A stretch of 64,000 nucleotides of DNA from Escherichia coli (GCF_024223415.1 NZ_CP100500.1), one strand, 5' to 3'. Positions 1 through 8,575 are shown, counted from the stretch's first letter. The notes: generated from the letters alone by a model not told the origin. Program-made: numbers and translations.

Positions 1-74
1 TTTGCAGTGGCATGAGGGCACCACTTTATATGTCAGAAAAGTTTCACTCTCCCGACATATTCTTACAAAACAAA

Positions 75-1178
75 TCAGAACTGATAAGTCAAACCAACAG
101 CGACAATATCATCGGTTAATACATCAGTTCTTTCAGTGAATTGATTCTTATCAAGCAGGTTGATTTTATAGTCTACGTATGTAGACATATTTTTGTTGAA
201 GTAATAAGCAGCACCGACTTCAATGAATTTTTCAATGTATCCGTCATTATGTTTTTCAGGGATACCAGTTTTGGTGGAAAGGTCTTTGGCTTTCGACTGG
301 ATATAAGCAAGAGACGGGCGCAAACCAAAGTCGAACTGATACTGTGCAACTACAGCGAAATCTTCAGTTTTATTGGCTACACCGTTGTAGCCGCCGGGCG
401 AGTACTTGATTGCGCGGGTATTACGTGTTTCACCATAAGTGGCTGCCAGGTACAGATTATTCGCGTCATATTTTACGCTGGTAGCCCACTGTTCAGCTTT
501 TTTACCTTTACCAAAAGTCGTCGCTTCCTGTGCATTGGTGCGATCGGCTGCACCATATGCAGCTACAAAACCAAAGCCTTCATATTCATAACTGACAGAG
601 CCGCCAACACCGTCGCCGTTTGAAGTGCCTGCATTGTCACGCTCATTTTTACCCAGATACTGAACCGCAAAGTTCAGTCCATCAACCAGACCGAAGAAGT
701 CGGTATTACGGTAAGTGGCAACACCACCTACACGACCCACGAAGAAGTTATCCCCGTTAACAGAACCAGGCCCAAATTCAGGGAGGACATCAGTATAGCT
801 TAATGCGTCATACACCACGCCATAGTTACGACCATAATCCAGAGAGCCAATATTTTCTAGTTTCAGGCCAGCGTATGCCAGACGGGTTTTGTCTCCTGCA
901 GAGCCATCTTTTTCTGCCTTGTTGCCTTTGAATTCATATTCCCATTGACCAAAACCAGTTAACTGATTGTTGATTTGGGTTTCACCTTTGAATCCAAGAC
1001 GGGCATAAGTTCCATCACCTTCTTCTTTGGCGTTAGAAGAAAAGTAATGTTTACCCACTACTTTGCCATATAAATCCAGTTTATTACTGTTTTTATTATA
1101 TATTTCTGCTGCATTTGCAGACATTGCCAGAAATACTGATGCTGCTACAGCAGAAAGTGCCACTGTTAAATTTTTCAT
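75..1178 (-). CDS. Outer-membrane porin, OmpC/OmpF/PhoE family (NmpC/OmpD-like prophage moron)
   Basis: 367 aa with signal peptide [23 protein letters not shown] and C-terminal beta-barrel ending GLTYQF; SD GAGGA 5 nt upstream; sits upstream of the lysis genes as nmpC does in DLP12. Confidence 0.9.
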   Translation of the reverse strand: MKNLTVALSAVAASVFLAMSANAAEIYNKNSNKLDLYGKVVGKHYFSSNAKEEGDGTYARLGFKGETQINNQLTGFGQWEYEFKGNKAEKDGSAGDKTRLAYAGLKLENIGSLDYGRNYGVVYDALSYTDVLPEFGPGSVNGDNFFVGRVGGVATYRNTDFFGLVDGLNFAVQYLGKNERDNAGTSNGDGVGGSVSYEYEGFGFVAAYGAADRTNAQEATTFGKGKKAEQWATSVKYDANNLYLAATYGETRNTRAIKYSPGGYNGVANKTEDFAVVAQYQFDFGLRPSLAYIQSKAKDLSTKTGIPEKHNDGYIEKFIEVGAAYYFNKNMSTYVDYKINLLDKNQFTERTDVLTDDIVAVGLTYQF

Positions 1179-1776
1179 TTTTTATCCTCTGGTGGGAGTT
1201 AATTGGACGACAAAATGCTATCAGGATGAAAATTTAATTTCTGTGTATAATGTATACAAGGAAAATTAAGGAGTCCGATTCTTTATATGTGACCACCATC
1301 ACAAAATAAGAAGTCATGCAAGCTAATAAATAGATGGCTATCTTTCACTCAAAAAATTAAGATCAATCTTTTTTATTAGAAGTGCTAAATATATTTAATT
1401 ATTTGGGGTTGTGAGTTATTTATATAACCTTAATAAAGACATTACTTTTGAAGAAAAATACGTGCATAGAAGAATGCATAATCTTTAATTACATCTTGCC
1501 AAGCGTCGCAACAATCCAGAGATTGTATGTGGGGTGAATCATGCAGCATGCAGGGTATGAACAAACACTTTACGATCGTAAAAGTATGCATATCATGGTA
1601 AGAGTGGTTCCTACGCCACACAACTTAAACCCGCAGCCAGGCGGTTTTTTACATCGAAAATCTGCACCGGACATTAAGCTCTTTGGCGGACCAGATAAGA
1701 GGTGCGCTTAGTTGGGTTTGTCGGGCTTTCTCTGAGATTTGCGGTATTAATCCCGTAACGTTATTATGCTGCTCGA

Positions 1777-1852
1777 GGCCCTTTAGCTCAGTGGTGAGAG
1801 CGAGCGACTCATAATCGCAAGGGCGCTGGTTCAAATCCAGCAAGGGCCACCA
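1777..1852 (+). tRNA. tRNA-Ile2 (anticodon CAT, lysidine type; ileX/ileZ-like)
   Basis: Cloverleaf with 7-bp acceptor ggccctt/aagggcc, D stem gctc/gagc, anticodon loop ctCATaa, T loop ttcaaat, encoded CCA; close to E. coli ileX. Confidence 0.85.
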
Positions 1853-1853
1853 A

Positions 1854-1927
1854 CCGCCACTAGCTCATCAGTACAGAGCATCAGCCTTCTAAGCAGACGG
1901 TGCGGGGTTCGAGTCCTCGGTGGCGGA
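1854..1927 (+). tRNA. tRNA-Arg (anticodon TCT)
   Basis: Acceptor ccgccac/gtggcgg, D stem gctc/gagc, anticodon loop ctTCTaa, T arm cgggg-ttcgagt-cctcg; one A-A mismatch in the anticodon stem; no encoded CCA. Confidence 0.75.
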
Positions 1928-1933
1928 TATCAT

Positions 1934-2009
1934 GCCGACTTAGCTCAGCAGGCAGAGCAGTTGATTTGTAATCATCAGGTCACCAGTTCGAACCCGGTAG
2001 TCGGCACCA
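1934..2009 (+). tRNA. tRNA-Thr (anticodon TGT), thrU-like, possibly slightly degenerate
   Basis: Acceptor gccgact/agtcggc plus ACCA, D stem gctc/gagc, anticodon loop ttTGTaa, T loop ttcgaac; one mismatch each in anticodon and T stems. Confidence 0.6.
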
Positions 2010-2017
2010 TATTTTCA

Positions 2018-2040
2018 GGCTCGCATTTGCGGGCCTTTTT
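2018..2040 (+). terminator. Rho-independent terminator after the tRNA cluster
   Basis: Hairpin ggctcgc-attt-gcgggcc followed by TTTTT; a second weaker hairpin plus T7 follows at ~2059-2078. Confidence 0.5.
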
Positions 2041-2404
2041 CATATCTGAACAATACAGCCGCTTTGTGCGGTTTTTTTCATTTGCACAACAGGTAAGAGT
2101 ATTGAATCCGCAGACCTCGCGGAACTGGTGAAAGGTGCCGCGCAGTGCTCTTATCGTTGTGGTGAAGCTCAATGGCGAGCTAGCAGATAGGCGACAGTGA
2201 AAATACTAGTCATGTATCTGACCGCCGCGCGTACTGCAATCGGCAGCGCACCGATGGAAGCCGGTTCGATTCCGGCCGCCACAACCCAAACTGAGCCGTA
2301 GCCACTGGCTGTCCTGAACTCCTCAGTGATAGTTACGCTGCGGCCTTCTTTTTCCCCTTCCTAATACAAGAACTACGCAATCCGTTACTGGCGGAGGCGT
2401 TGCT

Positions 2405-2620
2405 ATGAAATCCATGGATAAGATAACAACGGGTGTCGCCTATGGCACCTCGGCAGGCAGTGCCGGGTACTGGTTTTTGCAGTGGATTGATCAGGTCAGT
2501 CCGTCACAGTGGGCTGCTATTGGTGTGCTGGGGAGTCTGGCACTGGGCTTTCTGACTTATCTGACGAATCTGTACTTCAAAATAAGAGAAGACAAGCGTA
2601 AGGCTGCACGGGGAGAGTAA
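2405..2620 (+). CDS. S: Class II holin (pinholin, phage 21 S21-like) with dual-start motif
   Basis: 71 aa, [30 protein letters not shown]... matches S21 as recalled; two TM segments; SD GGAGG upstream; M1-K-S-M4 dual start. Confidence 0.9.
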   Translation: MKSMDKITTGVAYGTSAGSAGYWFLQWIDQVSPSQWAAIGVLGSLALGFLTYLTNLYFKIREDKRKAARGE

Positions 2621-2624
2621 TTCA

Positions 2625-3176
2625 ATGACTCAAAACTATGAACTGATTGTGAAAGGGATCCGCAATTTTGAGAATAAAGTTACGGTAACTTTAGCGTTAC
2701 GGGACAAAAAACGCTTTGACGGTGAAATTTTTGACCTGGACATCTCGCTGGACCGTGTTGAAGGTGCCGCGCTGGAGTTTTATGAGTCAGCAGCCAGAAG
2801 GAGCATCAGACAGGTCTTCCTGGATGTTGTTGCCGGGTTATGTGAAGGGGATGAGCAGTCGCCGGAAAAGCGCCCCGTAATTTTAGAGGCGCAGAATGTG
2901 TGGATAACCTACAAAGGAAAGCTACCGGGAAGAATTACTGGTTCTCTGAAGACGCCACCGACGGCATTGCGGTCAGAAAAAGATGATATTGAATCGCCCA
3001 TTGAAAAACTGGAGGGCAGCGTAGCTGATCTGAATAAAAAATTGTCGGTGCTGATCCCTTCTGAAGATGAAAAAAAACGCCGCGATGAGCAGTTTGCGGC
3101 GTTTTACGATTATTGCATTGAAGTTACTCGCAGGAATTTTGTGAAGATTTTTGAGGAGGGTAAATCTCTTCAGTAA
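2625..3176 (+). CDS. Hypothetical protein (moron inserted between holin and endolysin)
   Basis: 183-aa ORF starting 4 nt after the holin stop with SD GGGGAGAG; no family recognised; AT-richer than flanking lysis genes. Confidence 0.6.
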   Translation: MTQNYELIVKGIRNFENKVTVTLALRDKKRFDGEIFDLDISLDRVEGAALEFYESAARRSIRQVFLDVVAGLCEGDEQSPEKRPVILEAQNVWITYKGKLPGRITGSLKTPPTALRSEKDDIESPIEKLEGSVADLNKKLSVLIPSEDEKKRRDEQFAAFYDYCIEVTRRNFVKIFEEGKSLQ

Positions 3177-3384
3177 GCTTAATGGCGGACGCTGCAATTA
3201 ATTCAGGAAGGTCCGCAAGGTCATCTGTCAGTGGATATGATGAAAAATCGGCGGCAGTTCTGTTAAGAATCGCTTTAACTAATTCCTTTTCCTTCTCCGG
3301 CAACAAGTTGATTAGAGCTACGACTGCTTGCCTGAGTGCGATTAAATCAGCAAAAGTTTGTTTTGGTAGATTTGTGTAATCCAT
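3124..3384 (-). CDS. Hypothetical small acidic protein, convergent with and 3'-overlapping the previous ORF
   Basis: 86 aa from ATG at 3384 (MDYTNLPKQTF...) with SD GAGGTG 3 nt upstream; the six-frame ORF extends to 3507 but that part overlaps the endolysin start and lacks an RBS. Confidence 0.5.
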   Translation of the reverse strand: MDYTNLPKQTFADLIALRQAVVALINLLPEKEKELVKAILNRTAADFSSYPLTDDLADLPELIAASAIKLTEEIYPPQKSSQNSCE

Positions 3385-3497
3385 AGTCACCTCTGTGTTT
3401 ATCAGATTGACATCCTCCTCCCGCCAGTGCCCATCACTGGTGAGGTAAGATTTAACATATCCAGGGTTCAGAAACCGATAAATCCTGATAAATATCC

Positions 3498-4031
3498 ATG
3501 AGCGCAAAAATCAAATACGGCCTGTCAGCTGCTGTTCTGGCGCTGATTGCTGCAGGCGCGTCTGCTCCTCAAATACTTGACCAGTTTCTGGATGAAAAAG
3601 AGGGTAACCACACTACGGCATACCGCGATGGTTCCGGTATATGGACCATCTGTCGTGGTGCCACAATGGTGGATGGTAAGCCCGTCATACCGGGAATGAA
3701 GCTGTCGAAGGAAAAATGCGACCAGGTTAACGCTATTGAACGTGATAAGGCGCTGGCATGGGTGGAGCGCAATATTAAAGTACCACTGACCGAACCACAA
3801 AAAGCGGGTATAGCGTCATTCTGTCCCTATAACATTGGCCCCGGTAAGTGTTTCCCGTCGACGTTTTATAAGCGGCTTAATGCCGGTGATCGTAAAGGTG
3901 CCTGTGAGTCGATTCGCTGGTGGATTAAGGACGGTGGGCGTGATTGCCGCACACGTTCAAATAACTGCTACGGACAGGTTATTCGTCGTGACCAGGAAGC
4001 AGCACTTGTGTGCTGGGATATCGACAGATGA
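3498..4031 (+). CDS. R: SAR endolysin (phage lysozyme, R21-like)
   Basis: 177 aa; N-terminal signal-anchor LSAAVLALIAAGASAP followed by lysozyme-like motifs (EGNHTTAYRDGSGIWTICRG); paired with a pinholin. Confidence 0.9.
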   Translation: MSAKIKYGLSAAVLALIAAGASAPQILDQFLDEKEGNHTTAYRDGSGIWTICRGATMVDGKPVIPGMKLSKEKCDQVNAIERDKALAWVERNIKVPLTEPQKAGIASFCPYNIGPGKCFPSTFYKRLNAGDRKGACESIRWWIKDGGRDCRTRSNNCYGQVIRRDQEAALVCWDIDR

Positions 4032-4125
4032 GCAGAATATTTTGCTGAAAAATGACGTTGGCCAACGCGGACGGATAACACGATATTCGACATAAATGAA
4101 TTTAAATAGTGAATAAAAGCAGAAA

Positions 4126-4154
4126 CCCCGATTGTTGGTCGCAATCGGGGTTTT
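4126..4154 (+). terminator. Rho-independent terminator immediately downstream of R
   Basis: 9-bp stem ccccgattg/caatcgggg, 7-nt loop, then TTTT. Confidence 0.6.
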
Positions 4155-4216
4155 GTGTTTCTGGCAGTAAGTTATGGGAGGCTGCCTTGATTAATTTTAG
4201 CGGAGGAGACTGGATT

Positions 4217-4354
4217 GTGGAAGCTCTGAAATTGCTCGAAAGAAGTCCGGTTCTGAGAAGAATGTTTTATATAGCTCTTATAGTTATCGGAGCATTCGCC
4301 GTTGCGAAATCACTTCCGGGAATAGCTGAAATCATAAAGGCGCTGAATGCATAA
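4217..4354 (+). CDS. Small membrane protein (45 aa, GTG start), part of the insertion between R and Rz
   Basis: SD GGAGGA 9 nt upstream of GTG; one predicted TM helix MFYIALIVIGAFAVA; alternative ATG start at 4262. Confidence 0.35.
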   Translation: MEALKLLERSPVLRRMFYIALIVIGAFAVAKSLPGIAEIIKALNA

Positions 4355-4520
4355 AGAATACCTGGCTGAGGCTGACAAACAGGTCTCTGAATTGAAAGCT
4401 CCGGTAACCGATGACATCAGCGGAGCGGTGGCTTTTGCCATTAAGTGGGTGGCAGTCGGCGTTGCTATATCACCGGTACTGTATGGGCTGGCAAAGCTGG
4501 TTATTGCGTTGAAATCATAA
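4347..4520 (+). CDS. Small membrane protein (57 aa), start overlaps the stop of the previous small ORF
   Basis: MHKEYLAEADKQVSELK... with C-terminal TM helix AFAIKWVAVGVAISPVLYGLAKLVIAL; below the 60-aa cutoff of the ORF track. Confidence 0.4.
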   Translation: MHKEYLAEADKQVSELKAPVTDDISGAVAFAIKWVAVGVAISPVLYGLAKLVIALKS

Positions 4521-4583
4521 CTGTTACGGCCAGGTGATTCGTCGTGACCAGGAAAGTGCATTAGCCTGTTGGGGGATAGATCA

Positions 4584-5051
4584 GTGAGCAGAGTCGCCGC
4601 GATTATTTATGCTCTGGTTATCTGCATCATCGTCTGCCTGTCGTGGGCGGTCAATCATTACCGTGATAACGCCATCGCCTACAAAGAACAGCGTGATAAA
4701 AAAGTCAGTGAGCTGAAGCAGGCGACCGCCACCATTACTGACATGCAGCAACGCCAGCGTGCTGCTGATGTACTCGATGCTAAATACACGAAGGAGTTGG
4801 CTGATGCGAAAGCTGAAAATGATGCTCTTCGGCGCAAGCTTGATAATGGTGGTCGGGTGCTCGTCAAAGGAAAATGCCCTGTGCCATCCTCAGCCGAAAC
4901 CTCCAGCGCCTCCGGCATGGGCAATGATGCCACCGTCGAACTCTCTCCAGTTGCTGGACGAAACGTTCTCGGTGTCCGGGACGGAATTATCCGCGACCAA
5001 ACAGCACTGAGAACGCTTCAGGAATACATCAGGACGCAATGCCTTCGATGA
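4584..5051 (+). CDS. Rz: Rz i-spanin
   Basis: GTG start, [40 protein letters not shown]... closely matches lambda Rz as recalled; N-terminal TM anchor. Confidence 0.85.
   Translation: MSRVAAIIYALVICIIVCLSWAVNHYRDNAIAYKEQRDKKVSELKQATATITDMQQRQRAADVLDAKYTKELADAKAENDALRRKLDNGGRVLVKGKCPVPSSAETSSASGMGNDATVELSPVAGRNVLGVRDGIIRDQTALRTLQEYIRTQCLR
4804..5010 (+). CDS. Rz1: Rz1 o-spanin lipoprotein, embedded in the +1 frame of Rz
   Basis: [21 protein letters not shown]... with lipobox VVGC and proline-rich mature part; entirely inside Rz. Confidence 0.8.
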   Translation: MRKLKMMLFGASLIMVVGCSSKENALCHPQPKPPAPPAWAMMPPSNSLQLLDETFSVSGTELSATKQH

Positions 5052-5191
5052 TAGCGATAATTTTACTCATCATCCTTCACATCTGGCTGTGTAGACAGGG
5101 TGGTGATCACTTCTGGAGTGAATCCAGATTAAACATCTCATTGCTGATGCTTGAAGTTGAGCATCTGGCGCGCGGTAAGGGGCTGCGTTGA
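5048..5191 (+). CDS. Possible small membrane protein (47 aa), ATG overlaps the Rz stop
   Basis: ATGA overlap with Rz stop; N-terminal hydrophobic [15 protein letters not shown]; followed by a terminator at 5226-5248. No homology support. Confidence 0.3.
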   Translation: MIAIILLIILHIWLCRQGGDHFWSESRLNISLLMLEVEHLARGKGLR

Positions 5192-5225
5192 AATAAGAGC
5201 CAGTCATTAAAAATACCTGGATTTA

Positions 5226-5248
5226 GCCTCGCATTCGCGGGGCTTTTT
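5226..5248 (+). terminator. Rho-independent terminator
   Basis: Hairpin gcctcgc-attc-gcggggc followed by TTTTT. Confidence 0.5.
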
Positions 5249-5546
5249 ATTGCCATTACAAAAGCCACTCCCTACAGAGTGGCTTTGATAATGGCTTATA
5301 CCCTACACGGGATAACTTAACTGATATCCCTTTTAACGGATAAAGGTATTCAAGCCTGACACATCATGCGCTGTATCGTCGCCGTATTCCCGTATTAACA
5401 GAGACCGTAGCCCGACGGGGAACTCCTTCTGCGCGAGTGTGCGGGAATAATCAAAAACGATGCACACCGGGTTTTACTGTGCTGACAGACGCAGGGTTAC
5501 CCTCATAGTCGCTTTTCCGGTGCGATGGTGGAAGAAACCGGGATGT

Positions 5547-5741
5547 TTATTCATCATCTCTTTGGATTGATGTATATGCTCTCTTTTCTGACGTTAGTCT
5601 CCGACGGCAGGCTTCAATGACCCAGGCTGAGAAATTCCCGGACCCTTTTTGCTCAAGAGCGATGTTAATTTGTTCAATCATTTGGTTAGGAAAGCGGATG
5701 TTGCGGGTTGTTGTTCTGCGGGTTCTGTTCTTCGTTGACAT
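5547..5741 (-). CDS. YlcI/YnfO-family small protein (DUF3950, ribbon-helix-helix-like)
   Basis: 64 aa with motif NIRFP...NFSAWV..AC; paralogous to the ORF at 63486-63683; this family sits before the terminase genes in DLP12 and Qin. Confidence 0.7.
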   Translation of the reverse strand: MSTKNRTRRTTTRNIRFPNQMIEQINIALEQKGSGNFSAWVIEACRRRLTSEKRAYTSIQRDDE

Positions 5742-5899
5742 GAGGTTGCCCCGTATTCTGTGTCGCTGATTTGTATTGTCTGAAGTTGTTTTTACGTTAA
5801 GTTGATGCAGATCAATTAATACGATACCTGCGTCATAATTTATTATTTGACGTGGTTTGATGGCGTAGATGCACGTTGTGACATGTAGATGATAATTAT

Positions 5900-6060
5900 T
5901 ATCATTTTGCGGGTCCTTTCCGGCATGTGGACCCGTTACGGGGCGTCGACCTCGCGGTTTTTCGCTATTTATGAGATTTTTTGAGGGGGTGGTTGTTGTT
6001 TAATTGTTTGGTATATCTAATTGATAAGTAAGGTGAAAATAAAATAAATACAACAACCTT
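5900..6060 (+). other. cos site (cosN cohesive-end sequence at 5941-5952, flanked by cosQ and cosB regions)
   Basis: gttacg|GGGCGTCGACCT|cgcggtttttcgctatttatga matches the lambda cos sequence GGGCGGCGACCTCGCGGGTTTTCGCTATTTATGA with one mismatch in the 12-nt overhang. Confidence 0.75.
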
Positions 6061-6168
6061 ACGATGTGCTTTGATGTCATTAATGTGAAAAAATTAAATG
6101 ATATCAAATGGTTTTGTAAAAACACATGGTTGTTGTATCGCTTTTTATCGATGACTTATGGAGAGGAG

Positions 6169-6675
6169 ATGGCCTTTTTATTGAATAAAAGTGATATGGC
6201 CTCCTCCATCGGTATCTCTGTTCAGGCATTTGATAAATGGGGCGTTCCTCCTGTCGAGCGTCGGGGGAGGGAAGTTTTTTATGACGTTAAAACTGTACTG
6301 GAGATAGATCGCGAGCGGCGACAACACAATCATAGAACACCTGATGACGGGGGCGATCTGGAGGAAAGGCTGCTTCGGGCCAGAGCTGAACTGACAGAAG
6401 AACAGGCCGTAGCTCAAAAACTTAAAAATCAGGTAACCGAAGGTAAGCTCATCGATTCAGACTTCTGCGTTTTCGCCCTCAGCAAGCTGGCAATGGCGTT
6501 ATCCAGTACGCTTGATTCCATCCCTTTATCCATGCAACGACAGTTTCCTGATTTAACACCGCGCCATCTTGACCATCTGAAAACCCTTATTGCGAAGGGG
6601 GCAAATCAGTGTGCGCGGGCAGGGGATAAATTACCGGATTTACTCGATGAATATATCAGAGCAACAACTGAATAA
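6169..6675 (+). CDS. Nu1: Terminase small subunit (Nu1-like)
   Basis: N-terminal HTH region NKSDMASSIGISVQAFDKWGVPP aligns with lambda Nu1; exact start uncertain (6151, 6169 or 6196 all in frame). Confidence 0.8.
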   Translation: MAFLLNKSDMASSIGISVQAFDKWGVPPVERRGREVFYDVKTVLEIDRERRQHNHRTPDDGGDLEERLLRARAELTEEQAVAQKLKNQVTEGKLIDSDFCVFALSKLAMALSSTLDSIPLSMQRQFPDLTPRHLDHLKTLIAKGANQCARAGDKLPDLLDEYIRATTE

Positions 6676-8575
6676 TATGATGAGTGCTGTCACAACAGCA
6701 TTACAGCCCCTGATAAGGGCATTGCCGGTGACGGCAGTTGAATGGGCTGACCAGTATTATTATCTGCCTAAAGAATCCTCATACGGTGACGGCGAATGGA
6801 AAACGCTGCCGTTCCAGATCGCCATCATGAACAGTATGGGTAATGACCTGATCCGCACTGTTAATCTGATTAAATCTGCCCGTATTGGTTATACAAAGAT
6901 GTTGCTGGGGGTGGTCGGGTATTTTATTGAGCATAAATCCCGAAACAGTCTGCTTTTTCAGCCCACGGATTCTGCCGCTGAAGATTTTATGAAGTCTCAC
7001 GTGGAGACGACGATTAGGGACGTGCCATGCCTGAAAGACCTTTCCCCATGGCTGGGTCGTAAACATCGTGATAATACCCTCACGCTGAAACGCTTTTCAT
7101 CGGGCGTCGGTTTCTGGTGCCTGGGCGGCGCTGCCGCCAAAAACTACCGTGAAAAATCCGTGGACGTGGTCTGCTATGACGAACTCTCATCGTTTGAACC
7201 TGATGTTGAAAAAGAGGGCTCGCCAACCCTGCTGGGGGATAAGCGTATTGAGGGCTCTGTATGGCCAAAATCCATTCGCGGCTCGACGCCTAAAATCAAA
7301 GGCTCCTGCCAGATCGAAAAAGCCGCTAACGAGTCGGCACATTTCATGCGTTTTTATGTGCCCTGTCCGCACTGTGGGGAGGAGCAGTATCTGAAATTTG
7401 GTGATGATGCCTCGGCTTTCGGTCTTAAGTGGGAGAAGAATAAGCCAGAAAGTGTTTTCTACCTTTGTGAGCATCATGGCTGTGTGATCCATCAGTCTGA
7501 GCTTGACCAGAGTAACGGGCGGTGGATCTGTGAAAACACGGGGATGTGGACCCGTGACGGTCTGACGTTTTTCAGCGCCCGGGGTGATGAAATTCCGCCG
7601 CCGCGCTCCATCACTTTCCATATCTGGACGGCGTACAGTCCGTTCACCACCTGGGTACAGATAGTCTATGACTGGCTGGATGCACTGAAAGATCCCAACG
7701 GCCTGAAAACCTTTGTGAACACCACGCTGGGCGAGACCTGGGAAGAGGCCGTGGGCGAAAAACTCGATCACCAGGTACTGATGGATAAGGTTGTGCGTTA
7801 CACGGCGGCGGTGCCTGCCCGGGTGGTTTATCTGACGGCGGGCATTGACTCGCAGCGAAACCGTTTTGAGATGTATGTCTGGGGATGGGCTCCGGGAGAG
7901 GAAGCCTTTCTGGTGGATAAAATCATCATTATGGGACGTCCCGATGAGGAAGAGACGCTGTTACGTGTGGATGCGGCGATCAACAAAAAATACTGCCATG
8001 CAGACGGAACCGAAATGACCATTTCCCGTGTCTGCTGGGACATCGGGGGGATCGATGGCGAAATCGTTTATCAGAGGTCAAAAAAACACGGTGTTTTCCG
8101 GGTGCTGCCGGTAAAAGGCGCATCTGTCTATGGCAAGCCGGTGATCACCATGCCAAAAACCCGCAATCAGCGGGGCGTGTATCTGTGTGAAGTGGGGACG
8201 GACACCGCAAAAGAAATTCTCTATGCCCGTATGAAAGCCGCTCCCACGCCTGCGGATGAATCCACGTCGTATGCCATCCGTTTTCCTGATGATCCGGAGA
8301 TTTTTTCGCAGACAGAGGCGCAGCAACTGGTCGCGGAAGAGCTTGTGGAGAAGTGGGAAAAAGGAAAGATGCGTCTGCTGTGGGATAACAAAAAGCGGCG
8401 TAACGAAGCGCTGGACTGCCTGGTGTATGCCTACGCGGCATTACGTGTGTCCGTGCAACGCTGGCAGCTTGATCTGGCTGTACTGGCAAAATCCCGGGAA
8501 GAAGAGACGACCCGGCCAACCCTTAAAGAACTGGCAGCGAAGCTGTCCGGAGGAGTGAATGGTTACAGTCGCTGA
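6647..8575 (+). CDS. A: Terminase large subunit (gpA-like)
   Basis: 642 aa; MNISEQQLNN...TAVEWADQYYYLPKESSYGDGEWKTLPFQIAIMNSMG closely parallels lambda gpA. Confidence 0.95.
   Translation: MNISEQQLNNMMSAVTTALQPLIRALPVTAVEWADQYYYLPKESSYGDGEWKTLPFQIAIMNSMGNDLIRTVNLIKSARIGYTKMLLGVVGYFIEHKSRNSLLFQPTDSAAEDFMKSHVETTIRDVPCLKDLSPWLGRKHRDNTLTLKRFSSGVGFWCLGGAAAKNYREKSVDVVCYDELSSFEPDVEKEGSPTLLGDKRIEGSVWPKSIRGSTPKIKGSCQIEKAANESAHFMRFYVPCPHCGEEQYLKFGDDASAFGLKWEKNKPESVFYLCEHHGCVIHQSELDQSNGRWICENTGMWTRDGLTFFSARGDEIPPPRSITFHIWTAYSPFTTWVQIVYDWLDALKDPNGLKTFVNTTLGETWEEAVGEKLDHQVLMDKVVRYTAAVPARVVYLTAGIDSQRNRFEMYVWGWAPGEEAFLVDKIIIMGRPDEEETLLRVDAAINKKYCHADGTEMTISRVCWDIGGIDGEIVYQRSKKHGVFRVLPVKGASVYGKPVITMPKTRNQRGVYLCEVGTDTAKEILYARMKAAPTPADESTSYAIRFPDDPEIFSQTEAQQLVAEELVEKWEKGKMRLLWDNKKRRNEALDCLVYAYAALRVSVQRWQLDLAVLAKSREEETTRPTLKELAAKLSGGVNGYSR

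Noticed and set aside
141-623. 160-aa plus-strand ORF
   Set aside because: Lies entirely antisense within the porin gene; no RBS or homology.
1649-2172. Minus-strand ORFs of 64-65 aa across the tRNA cluster
   Set aside because: Overlap well-formed tRNA genes and terminators; artefacts of ORF calling.
2213-2283. Possible fourth complete tRNA
   Set aside because: Only the T arm and acceptor 3' strand are recognisable; no matching 5' acceptor or anticodon arm within tRNA distance. Kept as a fragment in findings, not as a feature.
2973-3197. 74-aa minus-strand ORF in the S-R insertion
   Set aside because: Alternative frame overlapping the better-supported 86-aa minus ORF and the plus ORF; no RBS.
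3387-3507. N-terminal extension of the minus-strand ORF up to 3507
   Set aside because: Would start inside the endolysin start region without an SD; the internal ATG at 3384 has a strong SD.
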